The position numbers and the translations under genes were made by a program. Positions 42,232-54,005 of a DNA stretch of 64,000 bases are shown here, in pieces. The DNA comes from Takakia lepidozioides (lineage: Eukaryota > Plantae > Bryophyta): positions 47,802,001 through 47,866,000 of the forward strand of contig CM060734.1 in assembly GCA_030704615.1 (NCBI GenBank). The letters run 5' to 3'. Under the pieces are notes generated by a model that saw only the letters and a list, made by a program, of their open reading frames with translations, was not told where the DNA came from and did no database searches. Numbering within the stretch: the stretch's first letter is position 1; every line of letters begins with the position of its first letter.

Positions 42232-42336
42232 TTAAATCCTCACAAAGGTATTGTCAGTGCCCTGGTGTTCGGGCCAAATCAGGTATGAGATCTATTGTCT
42301 CAAGGCTATAACAAATAGAGTATATATATATACATA

Positions 42337-42362
42337 TGTGTGTGTGTGTGTGTGTGTGTGTG
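42337..42362. repeat. (TG)n microsatellite next to (TA)n
   Basis: Direct observation. Confidence 0.9.
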
Positions 42363-42461
42363 GATTCAGAAGTAATCATAGTCATCATGGTCTAGAGCAA
42401 GACCAATGTCTATTGTGGATTTGTTGATGAAACCAAAACATTTGTAAGTACTTTACGAGGT

Positions 42462-42866
42462 TTTTATTTTTTATTTTATTTTTTTGAAAGGGGACAGAGG
42501 CCCTGAAAAATTAATTAATAAGGAAAAACAAGAGACAAGCAAGGAAAAAATAACCTTGCAGGGGAGCCATAAGACCAACAAAGAGGCACCGCTCAGTATC
42601 TAGAGTTCAGAGGTAGATCCTATCGACACACTAAAAGGACTGTCTAAGCCAGTTAAAGACTGACAATAAACAAAAGAGGATCCTACAAAACAGAACCAAA
42701 GAGCAGAGGCAACTCCTACAAAATTGAAAGGGTCATAAGAGCTTGAGCCTATCACTTCCTCAAAGGAGGCTCGAAAGAGAGATGAATCCTGGATAGGCCT
42801 CCTGCAGCTCCGATGGTGGTGCCACTTGACCCGGGGAAGTCACTTCCAAATATTCCCAACCGACGT
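42462..42866 (-). mobile_element. Probable LINE 3' end fragment
   Basis: T-rich tract at ~42462-42486 (poly-A tail on the minus strand) adjoining a non-AT-rich segment that stops abruptly at ~42866, as expected for a 5'-truncated L1. Confidence 0.4.
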
Positions 42867-44300
42867 ACAAAATAATATATGGTGTAATTTATTTTTAAAA
42901 AGATTAAAAAAAACATTGAAAATTAATAATGGGTACATTATATTGTGATTAGGGAATTTCAATGAATATTGGGTTTAAAATAATGACTCATTTTATATTT
43001 TTTTTGTAAAGATTGCTATAGGGTTGAGATAATACATGTGGACACGTGTCGTCCAGTGATTAGTCCGTGGACACGTGTCGTGTATTTGGAGTTTAGGGTC
43101 TAATGGCAATGGAGGGGGTTTGAGTGCGGGGGTTTTCTATTTTTCTAATGGTAAGGGAGGGAGTTTCTTGTCGATTGTCATCCGTGAGGGCCAGATTTTA
43201 AGCACAAGATTACATTCGAATCCATGTGGATTGATAGCTACGAGAAACCTGTTGGATAAGCAGGATTCAAAAACTGAGAAGGAAAGCAGTGGGGGATATC
43301 GCGGCAGCCTATTGATCTCCTAAATAGACTAACCACACCAATTATGGTGTTATTAAACTACTTCAAAATCTAGAGGACAATTTAAATTTAAAAAATATGA
43401 TCATACCGACAACAAGTGGATAGATGTATACTCAGTTATTAATTCAGTCACTATGACTTTCGATAGAGTGCATAACGTTTACACCTTGAATAGTGATGAT
43501 GTGAATGATTTAAATTTATTTATTTCAACCAAATAATAAATTAGTCTTGGAATTTTTTTTTAAATATATGGTATTATTATTTTTAAATAAAAATAAAAAT
43601 AAAAATAACATATCAAAAATTCATCATATTACAAAATTATGTAATTATATGATACTAAAAAAATACCCAAAATAAAAATAATACCCCCAACAAATACCCA
43701 TTTATCTCACGTGCCCTATATAAGTAATAGATAGTGAATTCCCCGGGCCAATTGACTTCTTGCTCTTCACCTTCAGCGGGGGGAGTACTTTGCACTAATG
43801 GAACTCCCAGCATGCAGGGAGGGAGTTGCTCCATGCAACTCTAAGCTCGGCAATTCTGGAGCTGAAGACGACTCCTTACTTTGTTTTTTGTCAAAATAAA
43901 AATATGAAAGTTTACGATTCGGATTTTTTATTTATTAGTCTGCATGCTTTTAGTGTGGAGGTGATGACCACCTTGGAGTACTATAGTTTTTTTTTTAATA
44001 GTTTTATGGACCGTAACTCTATGTTTGTTGTAAGAGAAGAAGGGTCAAGTGACTATACGTTTGTTTTTATTATTATTATTTAATTTATTAAAATCGGGAC
44101 CTGTCGGTCCGATTCAATTAATCTGTATGTTAAAGATCCGGAGTTAAGATCCAGAGTTGGTAAGATCAAGTAGAGTTTGATATAATTGATAATTATATTA
44201 ATTGTCAGATTGCATAAAATTATTGAAAATTTTGGGCGGGAAATGAAAGACGAGTATATATAAAGGATAATGTGGGCATATCCTTCCTTATTTTATGCCC

Positions 44301-45944
44301 CAGTTGTCAATCATGACGTGACCTTACGCAAACACAACACGTCAGCATCACGTCCAAAATCGACTTTACGTCGAGTAATTTTTAATTTGTTTTCTGTATT
44401 TTCACAAGACCCAATTTATCCCATTGTCAAGGTGACGACCTACACACATGAAGTTCTTTTTGGTTATTTTATTGTTTTTTTTTTAAAAATAGTTCGGGCA
44501 ACGGCGACTGTCGGATGACAGTTGCGCAACCTCCGGCCGACAGCAAGGCGACTTCCGGACGCTATGCAGTTTATTTATTTATTTTAATTTCTTGAGTTCG
44601 GGCAACCGCTGGGTTACGGCGATGGAGGACAATTAGGTGACCTCCGGTTGACCGTCCGAAGACAAATAACAGTAGGACGACCGCTGGGCGATGGTGACTA
44701 TATAGGTTTTGGGTTTGGTCGATCGTCTAGGCGACAGCCATTGGGGACTATGCAGTTTTGTTTTTTTTTCCAGAAATTTTATGGGTTCGGCCAAACATCG
44801 AGCGATGGCGACAGTTAGGCAATCGCTGGACAACTGTCCGGCGATGGACGATGGTGGGTATGCGATTTTTTTATTTTATTTTGGGTTTGGACGACAGTCA
44901 GGTGACAGTTGGATAACCACCGGACGATGGTCATTGGTGATTATGCGGGGTTTTTTTTTATAAAATTTATTTGGGTTCATGCAATCACTGGGCGATGACG
45001 ACTGTCGAGAACACTTGGGTGACCACCAGGTGACAGACAACTTTGTAGTGACCCTAAACTACCATATATATTTTATAAAAAGATTGAACATGTTGAACTT
45101 GATGAGGATAATTTGGTTGTTGATGAAAATGCCTTTGACACACGCCTTATCATATTACTGAACCTCCAGTTCTTCGTTATACACAGTTAAGATTGTGAAT
45201 GAGTTTATATTAATTTTTATTCAAACAGGGTTTTTAGATCTGAAAGTTTATTCGCTGTCTACATCAAATTTTCAAAGTTTAAATTGTAGTATATTTTCGC
45301 GTCGTCCATCGATACTATATCTCACGTTGACGTGGTTTGTGTCACGTCAGTTTTAGGTGTCACTACTGGGGGGTTGAAAAGTCTGACACGTAAATGTTCA
45401 CGTCCCCCGAAAATTACACGTATTTACAATAATAATTAATAATTGATAATTAAAAAGCGTCATCACGGTCGTTCGGCCATCCCCGTCGGCACTGTTGGAC
45501 GACTATCACCGTCGCCCAATAGTAACCCAAACCTACTAAAAATAAAAATAAAACACACACACACACACATAGTTACGGTCGTCTGGCTGTCATAGCGGTC
45601 CCAATTTTTTCAAAAACAGCCATACCGCCAGTTATCCAACCGTTGCTCTGGAAGAAAAATAAATAAATAAATAAAAACAAAAAACAAAAAAACACATATA
45701 GCCACCGTCGTCCGAAGTCGGACGGTTGTCCATTGTCTAACAGCTCATTTAATTTATTTTTAAAAAAACAAGAAAATAAAAAATAAAAAACAAAAAATAA
45801 ATATCGTGTGTGCAGTACACGTGGGCTGCTACTTCGACAATGAGATAAATTTGGTCCTGTAAAAGTTTAAAAAAAATTAATCGACGTAATGTTTATTTGG
45901 GACGTGACACTGTTTGCGCCACATCACATCATAATTGACAATTG
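44301..45944. mobile_element. Foldback-type non-autonomous DNA transposon with long imperfect TIRs
   Basis: 44301-44445 (cagttgtcaatcatgacgtg...tttacgtcga...caatttatcccattgtc) is an imperfect reverse complement of ~45820-45944 (gacaatgagataaattt...tcgacgtaa...ataattgacaattg). Short cgacag/ccgtcg-type repeats lie inside both arms. Confidence 0.7.
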
Positions 45945-47149
45945 AGAGACTATATGAGCAAAGGAGAATACTTGAAGTAGTTTATATACAACATTATTAT
46001 TTCAAAAATTGTTTCATTGACTACATGTTTATAAATGTACATTATGTTTGTATTTTTGAATGAATTTTGATACACACTCTTTGTTTTTTCTTTAAAAAAA
46101 ATTGTTTGCGTTTGTCAGAATGAAGAATTTTCAAGTAAGTCGACTGCTAGAGTTATTGTTGTATTATAGATTATGACAGCTCGGTTTGATTTGGATTGAA
46201 ATTTTCATTGATTGTTTTGATTCGATTACATAATGTACATTATTTGTTGCATTGCTCAGTCCTATGCCTATTTTTATGACACTTCTCACACTTTAGTAGG
46301 GCTCTTTCAACTGGACAGTACTCTGCTATATGTCATGGTTGTTGACAGTTGTTACACACCCTAAACATCCCACATGGGAGCGTCCGACTTTCAGATGGTT
46401 GCAGGTTGTGAAACCTACGAAACGACATGTGAAGGACACTACTCTATGTGCTCCTCATCCAACTAGCAACAGCAACGATGTATCCCTCATACAAGATGAC
46501 TGAGAGATAAGTAGCACTGTGTATGGATTTATATTGTTGAAGTATAATGCAAGTGTAGAAGCGTCTATTTGAAGGGGAAAATGTAGTGTAGTTTATATTC
46601 ATGTATTCTGAGTTTGTAATGTGATTGACAATGCAGTTCAACATTTGGGATAAGGTGATCATATATGATTCTCATGCACCCAGAAATAAGGCCAGTGTGA
46701 GGTATATTTATTATTGCTGGCTACCCTACTGAAACAACATCACCCAAATTCTACCGCATCCAAGTCAAAGAAGTGAGTCTAAAAAATATCGTCTGGTCAT
46801 ATTCTAACTATGGCTTTATCCCCTAATTAGACTGAACTTGGTCACACTGTTAGGAAATCCACTCCGTGGTCGGGCAATCATCTCAAAAAAACTTTATAGT
46901 GAGATGTCACAGAATATTTGAGGCAGTTATAGCTCCTGTGAGCAGTATTTGATTTCGAGGGTTTTGAACTTTGTGACAGTGGTTCATGAAAGTAAGGCCC
47001 TCGTTTGTTTTCCCACCATGACAATTTGGGATGCCAAAAATTTTAGCATCAATGGAGCATGTTGTTACATGTTGGGAACAATGTGGTCCTTGTCTTGGTC
47101 CTTGTGGCCTTGCTCTTGTACATTTGGGAACAGATCTGTTCATATTCAC

Positions 47150-47450
47150 AGTTCAGGATTGTTGCGGCACATTATAGTTAGTTACCGCTTCATCTATTGA
47201 CTGAAAGATTGCTCCCAGTAAAAGTCGTCTTATCTTTAGTCTAGCCGTGAACAATCCTTCTTTGCTCAAGATCTGCAATTGCTCCTCTCTTGAACAAACG
47301 ATTCAAACGTTCGTAGTACACTGACACTCTCTGTTTGGATTCATGTTTTACTGAATCTAACTTCAATTTTTAATTTTATTGGACATACTTATCCAAACTT
47401 CGCTATAATGACAGTCTTAAAAGCTGCCCATGTAGCTGGTGAACATTGAA
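47150..47450 (-). pseudogene. Decayed LTR-retrotransposon gag fragment
   Basis: Minus strand reads ATWAAFKTVIIAKFG*...ESVSVYYERLNRLFKRGAIADLEQRR, a Retrotrans_gag-like pattern. Confidence 0.6.
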
Positions 47451-47740
47451 AACCTGGTACGGAACATGTTAACTATTGTTCCGTGTTTCGTAACAGGTTA
47501 CTTGACAGGTTGTAGTTCAGGTTCACCTTCAATACCAAGATATTCCTTACTTAAATCCTCTGATTCTTCATCTGACCCTATTGTATTGAATTCATTTCAT
47601 CAGTTAAGACCTTGGGTACAGATAAAAGGAATGATATTGTCACACTATTGGGTTTGATTCCATAAGTGATGGTTTCCATAGCCCTATCTGTACATGCTTG
47701 GGTCTGAACTAACCATGGTCTGCCCAACAACAATACATAT

Positions 47741-49690
47741 GAGTGTCCATCTGACGGGAACTAAATTTGCTCAAATTAAAAAAAATTAAATTATATGCGA
47801 CTGTCAAAAATTGGCGGTTGCTTGAATATTCAGTATTTTTGATAAGCTGCAATAATTTGATTTTCATTCTTTTTAAAAAACTAATGCAACCGCCAAGTTT
47901 AGCAGTCGCATGTAATGTTTTATTTCTTGAATATGTACAACAACTAATAATTATAACGGTCGCATGTTTTTTTTTAAAAATATGTTCGTTCATCATAATT
48001 GGCAGAAAGCACAAGTGTGTTTTCCCTATTGATTGAACAAGTTTCCATGTTCATTTTTCAAGCCATGGCAGAAAGCACAAGTATACGGTTTCTTGATACA
48101 CACATTTCAGTGCTTTGGAAAGTATAACTTTGACTTGTGAGATTACTGTCATTGCCCATTGACCCTCTATCAGATTATGGGATTGATGCTCCTTCCGACT
48201 TGCGACTTGGGCTTAACTCTCTGTATGAATATGCATGAATGCAGGTTGTGATGGGAAGACAAACGTTGAACCCGCAATTTTGCATGATGTCAACATACAA
48301 TGACATCTGTAATGAAGATCCCCTCCCATGTCTCCTCTGAAAGCACATACACAACAGCACCTCCCTTAATTCTGTGAGTAACATGCCGCATGTCGAATTT
48401 GATGGCACGCATGAGATGTGAGAAGATGACAACTCTAGACAAATCCTCTTTACACAGTTTATAATGTCGTTCGTCACGCCATGTTCGTTCATAGTACCTG
48501 CGAATCATGGAGTCATTTGATTTACATTATGTACACAAAATAATGGACGTCGTACAACATCAATAGACACATGAACTGTGATTTGAAGTGTGTATCTTTC
48601 CACGAGAACCATGTCTCCAATTTTATATCGGTTGCCCTAGCCATCAGTGGAATTGGATTTCACCATGTGTTTCTCTTCCTCGCATTGTACAATCCAAAAT
48701 CGATCCCCCTCTTTATTATCTTTTACAGCCTTAACAGCAAAATGATCCCTCACCTCAAACAAATCAGACAATCTATCATGATGACCTCTAATGCTTGAAT
48801 GCCTACGATCTACACCCACCATTTACGCTTAATAATCTTTTCATATTCACATATAATCCATTCACAATGCAAACATAATCTAAAGAACTCGTGTAATTTG
48901 CAAACATAACAGATCAAGTTTCATCTCTCAGGTCAAAGATCCCCTTTAAATTCCCATATTTGATGGCTCTAGAAGTAACAAATGTGGTACTTTGAGGGTG
49001 TTATGAATGCTTCTTTCTGAATTTAGATATGCAAAGGTTTATTTCCATTGAGCGCAGGCAGAAGTTTCCAGCCATGCACTATCAAATGAAATGAAACCAC
49101 AAATGACTCTCTATGGACTAAATACGTCAGCGTTACGTTATACGTCACGTGATTGGTGCGACAGCAAGGATTGGCGCTTGTATGTAATTTTTATTTTTTT
49201 AATATGTGCGACCGCCAGAATTGACAGGCGCAATCATTTTTGAAAAAATAAATTTAAAACGACCATTGATTTTGGCGGTCAATTTTTAAAAATATATGTA
49301 TATATATATATGAACAGGGGGTCACACTTATTTTTCAAAAAGCTTTTATATGCGGCCGTCGATTTTGGGTGGTCGCACGTGCTTTTGAAAATAAATTATA
49401 TGCGATCGCCGAATTTTGGCGGTTGCACACATTTTTTATAGAAAAAAATCTACGACCGCCGAATTTTGGCGGTCATACATATTTTCAAATAAAAATATTA
49501 TACGACTACCGAGTTTCAGCAAACTGTTGCACGTGTTTTTCTTAAGAATATTATGTGGGACTACGAATATAGGCGGTTGTAGTTATTTTTTAAATTTTAA
49601 TTAGATGCGATTCTCAATATTATGGCAGTCGCACGTATTTAATATATATATATCGTACCAACTATTGTCCCCTCCAAATGGATGTGACTG
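47741..49690 (-). mobile_element. Degenerate DNA transposon with subterminal repeats and a possible transposase C-terminal remnant (48290-48830)
   Basis: ATGCGACCGCC-like repeats at ~47790-47970 and ~49200-49640. Weakly inverted ends at 47741 and ~49660-49685. Remnant peptides DHFAVKAVKDNKEGDRFWIVQC and RYYERTW...FSHLMRAIKFDM resemble, from memory only, C-termini of plant DDE transposases. Confidence 0.4.
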
Positions 49691-50069
49691 TCAATTATCC
49701 TGATGCGGCTTTCGACCTTTTAATTTCTTTCGACTTTTTTCTTGCAACAATTTTGACGTGAGCTCGATTGGATCAGTAATGGTCTTTTAAGCAATGGAGT
49801 TAGCATATGTCATATAAGAGTTTGCAGACCGTTTATAATGATCAGTACGATGATGTTAGCTGGTATGATCTCCCAAATCCAGTTAGTTGTCAAGGTTGCA
49901 CATTGACGTGACGTCAGATCACGTCAGATCTCATGCTGATATGGCTTGCGTATAAAAATAATTAAAATATATAGGGATTAAAAAAATCACGTAAGCTAAA
50001 AAATACGAAAAAATAAATAAACAATCCAAAAGAAATGTCATGTTAGCTGTGATAATTTGTTAGCTTGAT

Positions 50070-51670
50070 AATGCGGGACCGCCAAAATTAGCGGTCCCAA
50101 ATTATTAATATTTTTAAAAAATTGAAAAAATCAGAGCTGGTGATCGTGAATTATCAATAAATAAATAAAAACTAGCGGTGATCCCGTTTTTTTAGAATAT
50201 TAATAAATTAGAATCGCAAATTTTGGAGGTCTTGATTTAAAATAATACACCGAACTATCAAGAAAATATTTAATTAATCCCAAAGAACAAATTGAACAAT
50301 ATGCACATACAAAGGTTTGCGACGCACTTTATACACGGATACGGACACGTGCACGGCCAATATTACCCTATAAAATCGTATGAAAAAAGACAGATTGTAT
50401 GAACAACGTAGGCCGGAACGACAAAGAAGGCAACAATCAAGTGCAAGGAGTGTATAAAGTAGAAAAACATGGAAGTATTTGAGACTTCAACCGCTGCACA
50501 TGATTATACTTTACATAAGAAAACCCAACGTTTGAAAAGTAGCACAACGGCGACTGGAACAATGCACCAGATAGGCTGATCATGAAGGAAAGTATAAGCA
50601 CTAAGCGCATGACAAACGATTTAACAACGGCCGAAGAAATCACGTACCATGAAAACAGCAGTCATCAGTAAGAGACGAAAGCGCAAGTAAGACACGAAAA
50701 TACTTAGGTCAATTTCACGGTCCCAAATTATCAAGAAAACATTTAATAAATCGAAAATGCAAGCTCTGGCGGTCCCATATTTCTTAAGAATATTTAATAA
50801 ACCGGACTGCTAGATATATATTTAATTATTTAATTATTCTTACTTGGGATAAATTCGGGGACAGCCAGAGCTGGCGCCATCCCAATTTTCTTTGAGTTTA
50901 TTCAATTGATTTTCTGGATAAAATTGGGACCGTCACAGCTGGTGGCCCCGATTTTTTTTTCTCTTATGGATAAAATCGGGAGGGACCGACAAAGCAGACA
51001 GTCCCAATTGTTTTTATTTTTTAATTTTTTTAATTTACAATCGGGCCGCCAGAGGTGGCAGTCCCAATTTTTTGGCATATATTATTTTTGTTAAAATAAA
51101 AGCAGCTAAAGTTAGAGGTCCTAATTTTTTTTCAATTTAATTTTTTCAATTTAAATTCGGGACTGCCAGACCTATGGTCCCAATTGTTTTTATTTTTTCT
51201 AAGTTTGTTTAAAAAATCAGGACTACCAGAGCATTTGGTCTGAATTTTTTATTTGATTTATTTATTTTATTAAATTCGGGATTGTCAGAGCGCAATAAGC
51301 TACTAATTCATAGAAGTAGGAATTGTTTTATATGGCATAAGCTATGAAAACTATAATCATCTAACTGTAAAGGTAGAAAACTTCACACATCTTTGATACT
51401 AATCACTCCTTAGAGCTTGCGATCCTAATTTTTTATTTTTATTTTTCATATATTCTCAATTGAAATCAAGACCGCAAGTGGTGATGGACTAGATTGTTTT
51501 TGAAAAAAAATTAAATTAAAATCCGGACGGCCTAAGTTGGCGGTCCCAATTTATTTAATTTTTTATTTTTTATTTGTATAATCGGGACTGCTAGCAGCTG
51601 GCGGTCCTAATTTTACTCACAAAACACTAAAAAATAAAAAATCAGAACCGTCAGTTCCGGCGGTCCCAAT
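50070..51670. repeat. Array of GGGACCGCCAG/CTGGCGGTCCC subterminal repeats in AT-rich spacers (left block)
   Basis: Many copies in both orientations, often as palindromic pairs around a short loop, e.g. ~50075-50098 and ~51040-51066. Confidence 0.75.
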
Positions 51671-52601
51671 TTTATCCTTAAATATGTCAAGTTAAATAAA
51701 CACAGTGTAAAACTAACTAAAATAAATCTAATTATTTGTATTTAACACTTGGAGTTGAAGTGTTAAGTCAGGTGTCAAGTTTAGCTTGACACCTGAACCA
51801 TCTTATCTTCACGAGCTCATCAGTCGTGCGGCTCATCTCTCTCGAGTGATTGAAACTAGATTTACACTGTTGACACATAAACATTCAATACAACACAATC
51901 ACTCATTAAAACTACGAGTTGAGCCAAGGGCACCCCAAGCTATAGTAGCTCGTTCTAACCAACCCTCCTCCTCTTTCTGCCAGGTAGAGACAAAGCAATA
52001 TTTCCCTATCTCCCGGTCACTGAATACTAAATAAAATAAAGGTAGGGTCTGACAGTCTTTCAACTCGAAAGTTTTGAGACGGTTGCGAGTGTCCTCATTG
52101 CGAATGACTGCATCTCCTTCAAGCAGAACAAACTTGTCATTGCTAATGAACCCCCACTCGTGGTTGCCTTGTGTACAGCTCCCTGTGACATTGCCAACAC
52201 TAGCAGCCTTCACAGCTGCGCGTGCGCGTACTATAACTGCGCTACCGAGGTGATTGTCTTGTAGTGCGGGCTAACGCGGAAGCTACGTGCTTCCGTTCAC
52301 GTACTATAATCGTGTAGCCTCGGGACGAAGTCGTAGTGCGGCTTCGACGTGTTCCCGTACCTCAGGCCAGCATTCCAAGGTGGACCCAATTGTAGTGATT
52401 GGGGCGCACGGTTGGTTCAAGGTTATCTTCCTAGTCAAAGAGGGTTCAAGGTGAACCCTTGCTAGTTGGTCTGGAGGGTTGCTGGAGGGCAATGCCCATG
52501 CAGAGGATGTGTCACCTCCAGCAGAGCAGGATGACACGCATGGTACGGCGGAGTTGCCTGCCATGGTTGCTCACACTCCATTATAAGGTACGAGCAAAGA
52601 T

Positions 52602-54005
52602 TTGCAGCAAGCTGCTGATAGACGGGTGCAACAAGCCTGGGTAGAGGCCTTCGTACCGTCAGGAGAGGAGGAGAATGCGGTGATTGCACCAGGACCACCT
52701 CAGTTGTCGCCATTGGATACCACACCTCTTGGGTGGCAGTGCCCACATGAAGACATATACCTTCTGGACTTGTTTGGTGGGATCAGCACTGGATTGGCTG
52801 CAGTGCTGCAGGCAGGTGTACGAGTTCGATGTTACTTGTATGTGGAGAAGGATGAGACTGCACGACGCGTCGCACTGCGCCATGTTGCTCAGTTGGTCCA
52901 GCAGTACCATGATTTGTTGCCAGTGTCTGCAGTTCGTGGATACCAGCAAACATTGTCAGCATACATCTCTTTGCTGGGGACGCATGATTTGGAGCGGGTT
53001 GACCATATTCACTTGGTAGTGGCAGGTTGGCCCTGCCAAGGGCATTCATCAGCCGGGCATGACAATGGGTTACAAGACTCAAGGTCACGCCTATTTTGGG
53101 AGATGTTGAGGGTCCTACGCTATTTACAGCTTCAGCAGACAGACTCTCCGGCATATATCTTGGAGAATGTGCCATTGATGGGTGATTCTCGGGCCAAGGT
53201 GATGGCCAGTGTGCATCAAGTGCGGTCTTGGTTTCGGTTAGCAGTGTTTTTGGACGCAGCTGCAGTGGGGTCACGGGCTCATCGCCCACTACTATGGTGG
53301 ACCAACTTGATGCCACCTGCACTGCTCAAGCGTGCATCTGATGGGGTGCAGCGGCCACCACACCTGACGGTGGATAGCATTTTGGACATAGGGAGACAGT
53401 CTCAGCGTGTGAGACACGATGAGCGATCATCTTTGGCAGTGGTCAATAAGGTGGGTGACCAACGAGCCGCATTGCCTACACTGCTCAGCTTTCCAGGATC
53501 TCATGCTTTTCGCGATGGTGGACCTGGCCTCTTGTGGAATAGCCAGTTGCAGCAATTTGTGGAAGCCAATGCTGACGAGCGCGAGCAGGCGATGGGTTTT
53601 ACCACTGGTACCACGGCGGAGCCATCTCTTTCTGAGGCATCATGTCGTCAAGTGTTGGGGCAAGCAATGGATCTCAATTGCTTGACCTGGATTATCAGCT
53701 TGGCTATGGCTGAGCAGCGCCGAGTACGGAGTACACTTCCTTTGATGGTCTCCCTGCCTACCGAGACGGTACAGGCAGAGTGTGGGGGTGAACAGGTAAG
53801 GACCACGAGGTGTAGGCTGCATCCATGGCACACGTGGGAGGTGTTCGAGGTTCAGAAGGAGTTGGTAGCCAAGGCGACGGTGATGGATGAGGTTGGGGAT
53901 TTTTCTTGGGTTGAAGAGGTCCTTAAGGATGGGATGATGGGGCAGGATGAGACGTTGTCACTAACAGAGGAGGCAATGGTCACTGCTCAAGAGGTTGCAG
54001 CATAG
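52602..54005 (+). CDS. Retrotransposon-borne C5-cytosine DNA methyltransferase (DNMT3-like), open reading frame but probably non-functional
   Basis: Motifs in canonical order: LLDLFGGIS, YVEKD, VAGWPCQG (catalytic Cys), RSRLFWE, ILENVP, AHRPLLWW (second Arg of RxR lost), RQVLGQAM. No ATG before motif I, and an in-frame TAA lies at ~52584. Confidence 0.9.
   Translation: MQQAADRRVQQAWVEAFVPSGEEENAVIAPGPPQLSPLDTTPLGWQCPHEDIYLLDLFGGISTGLAAVLQAGVRVRCYLYVEKDETARRVALRHVAQLVQQYHDLLPVSAVRGYQQTLSAYISLLGTHDLERVDHIHLVVAGWPCQGHSSAGHDNGLQDSRSRLFWEMLRVLRYLQLQQTDSPAYILENVPLMGDSRAKVMASVHQVRSWFRLAVFLDAAAVGSRAHRPLLWWTNLMPPALLKRASDGVQRPPHLTVDSILDIGRQSQRVRHDERSSLAVVNKVGDQRAALPTLLSFPGSHAFRDGGPGLLWNSQLQQFVEANADEREQAMGFTTGTTAEPSLSEASCRQVLGQAMDLNCLTWIISLAMAEQRRVRSTLPLMVSLPTETVQAECGGEQVRTTRCRLHPWHTWEVFEVQKELVAKATVMDEVGDFSWVEEVLKDGMMGQDETLSLTEEAMVTAQEVAA

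Noticed and set aside
40980-52460. Copies 1 and 2 as halves of one element split by insertions
   Set aside because: Both contain DNMT, RT and RNaseH and differ at many positions, so they are separate insertions.
52602-54005. Bacterial restriction-modification methylase, contamination, or host DRM/DNMT3 gene
   Set aside because: It is intronless and in frame with Gypsy RT in two copies, has no cognate endonuclease, and its motif order is not DRM-permuted.
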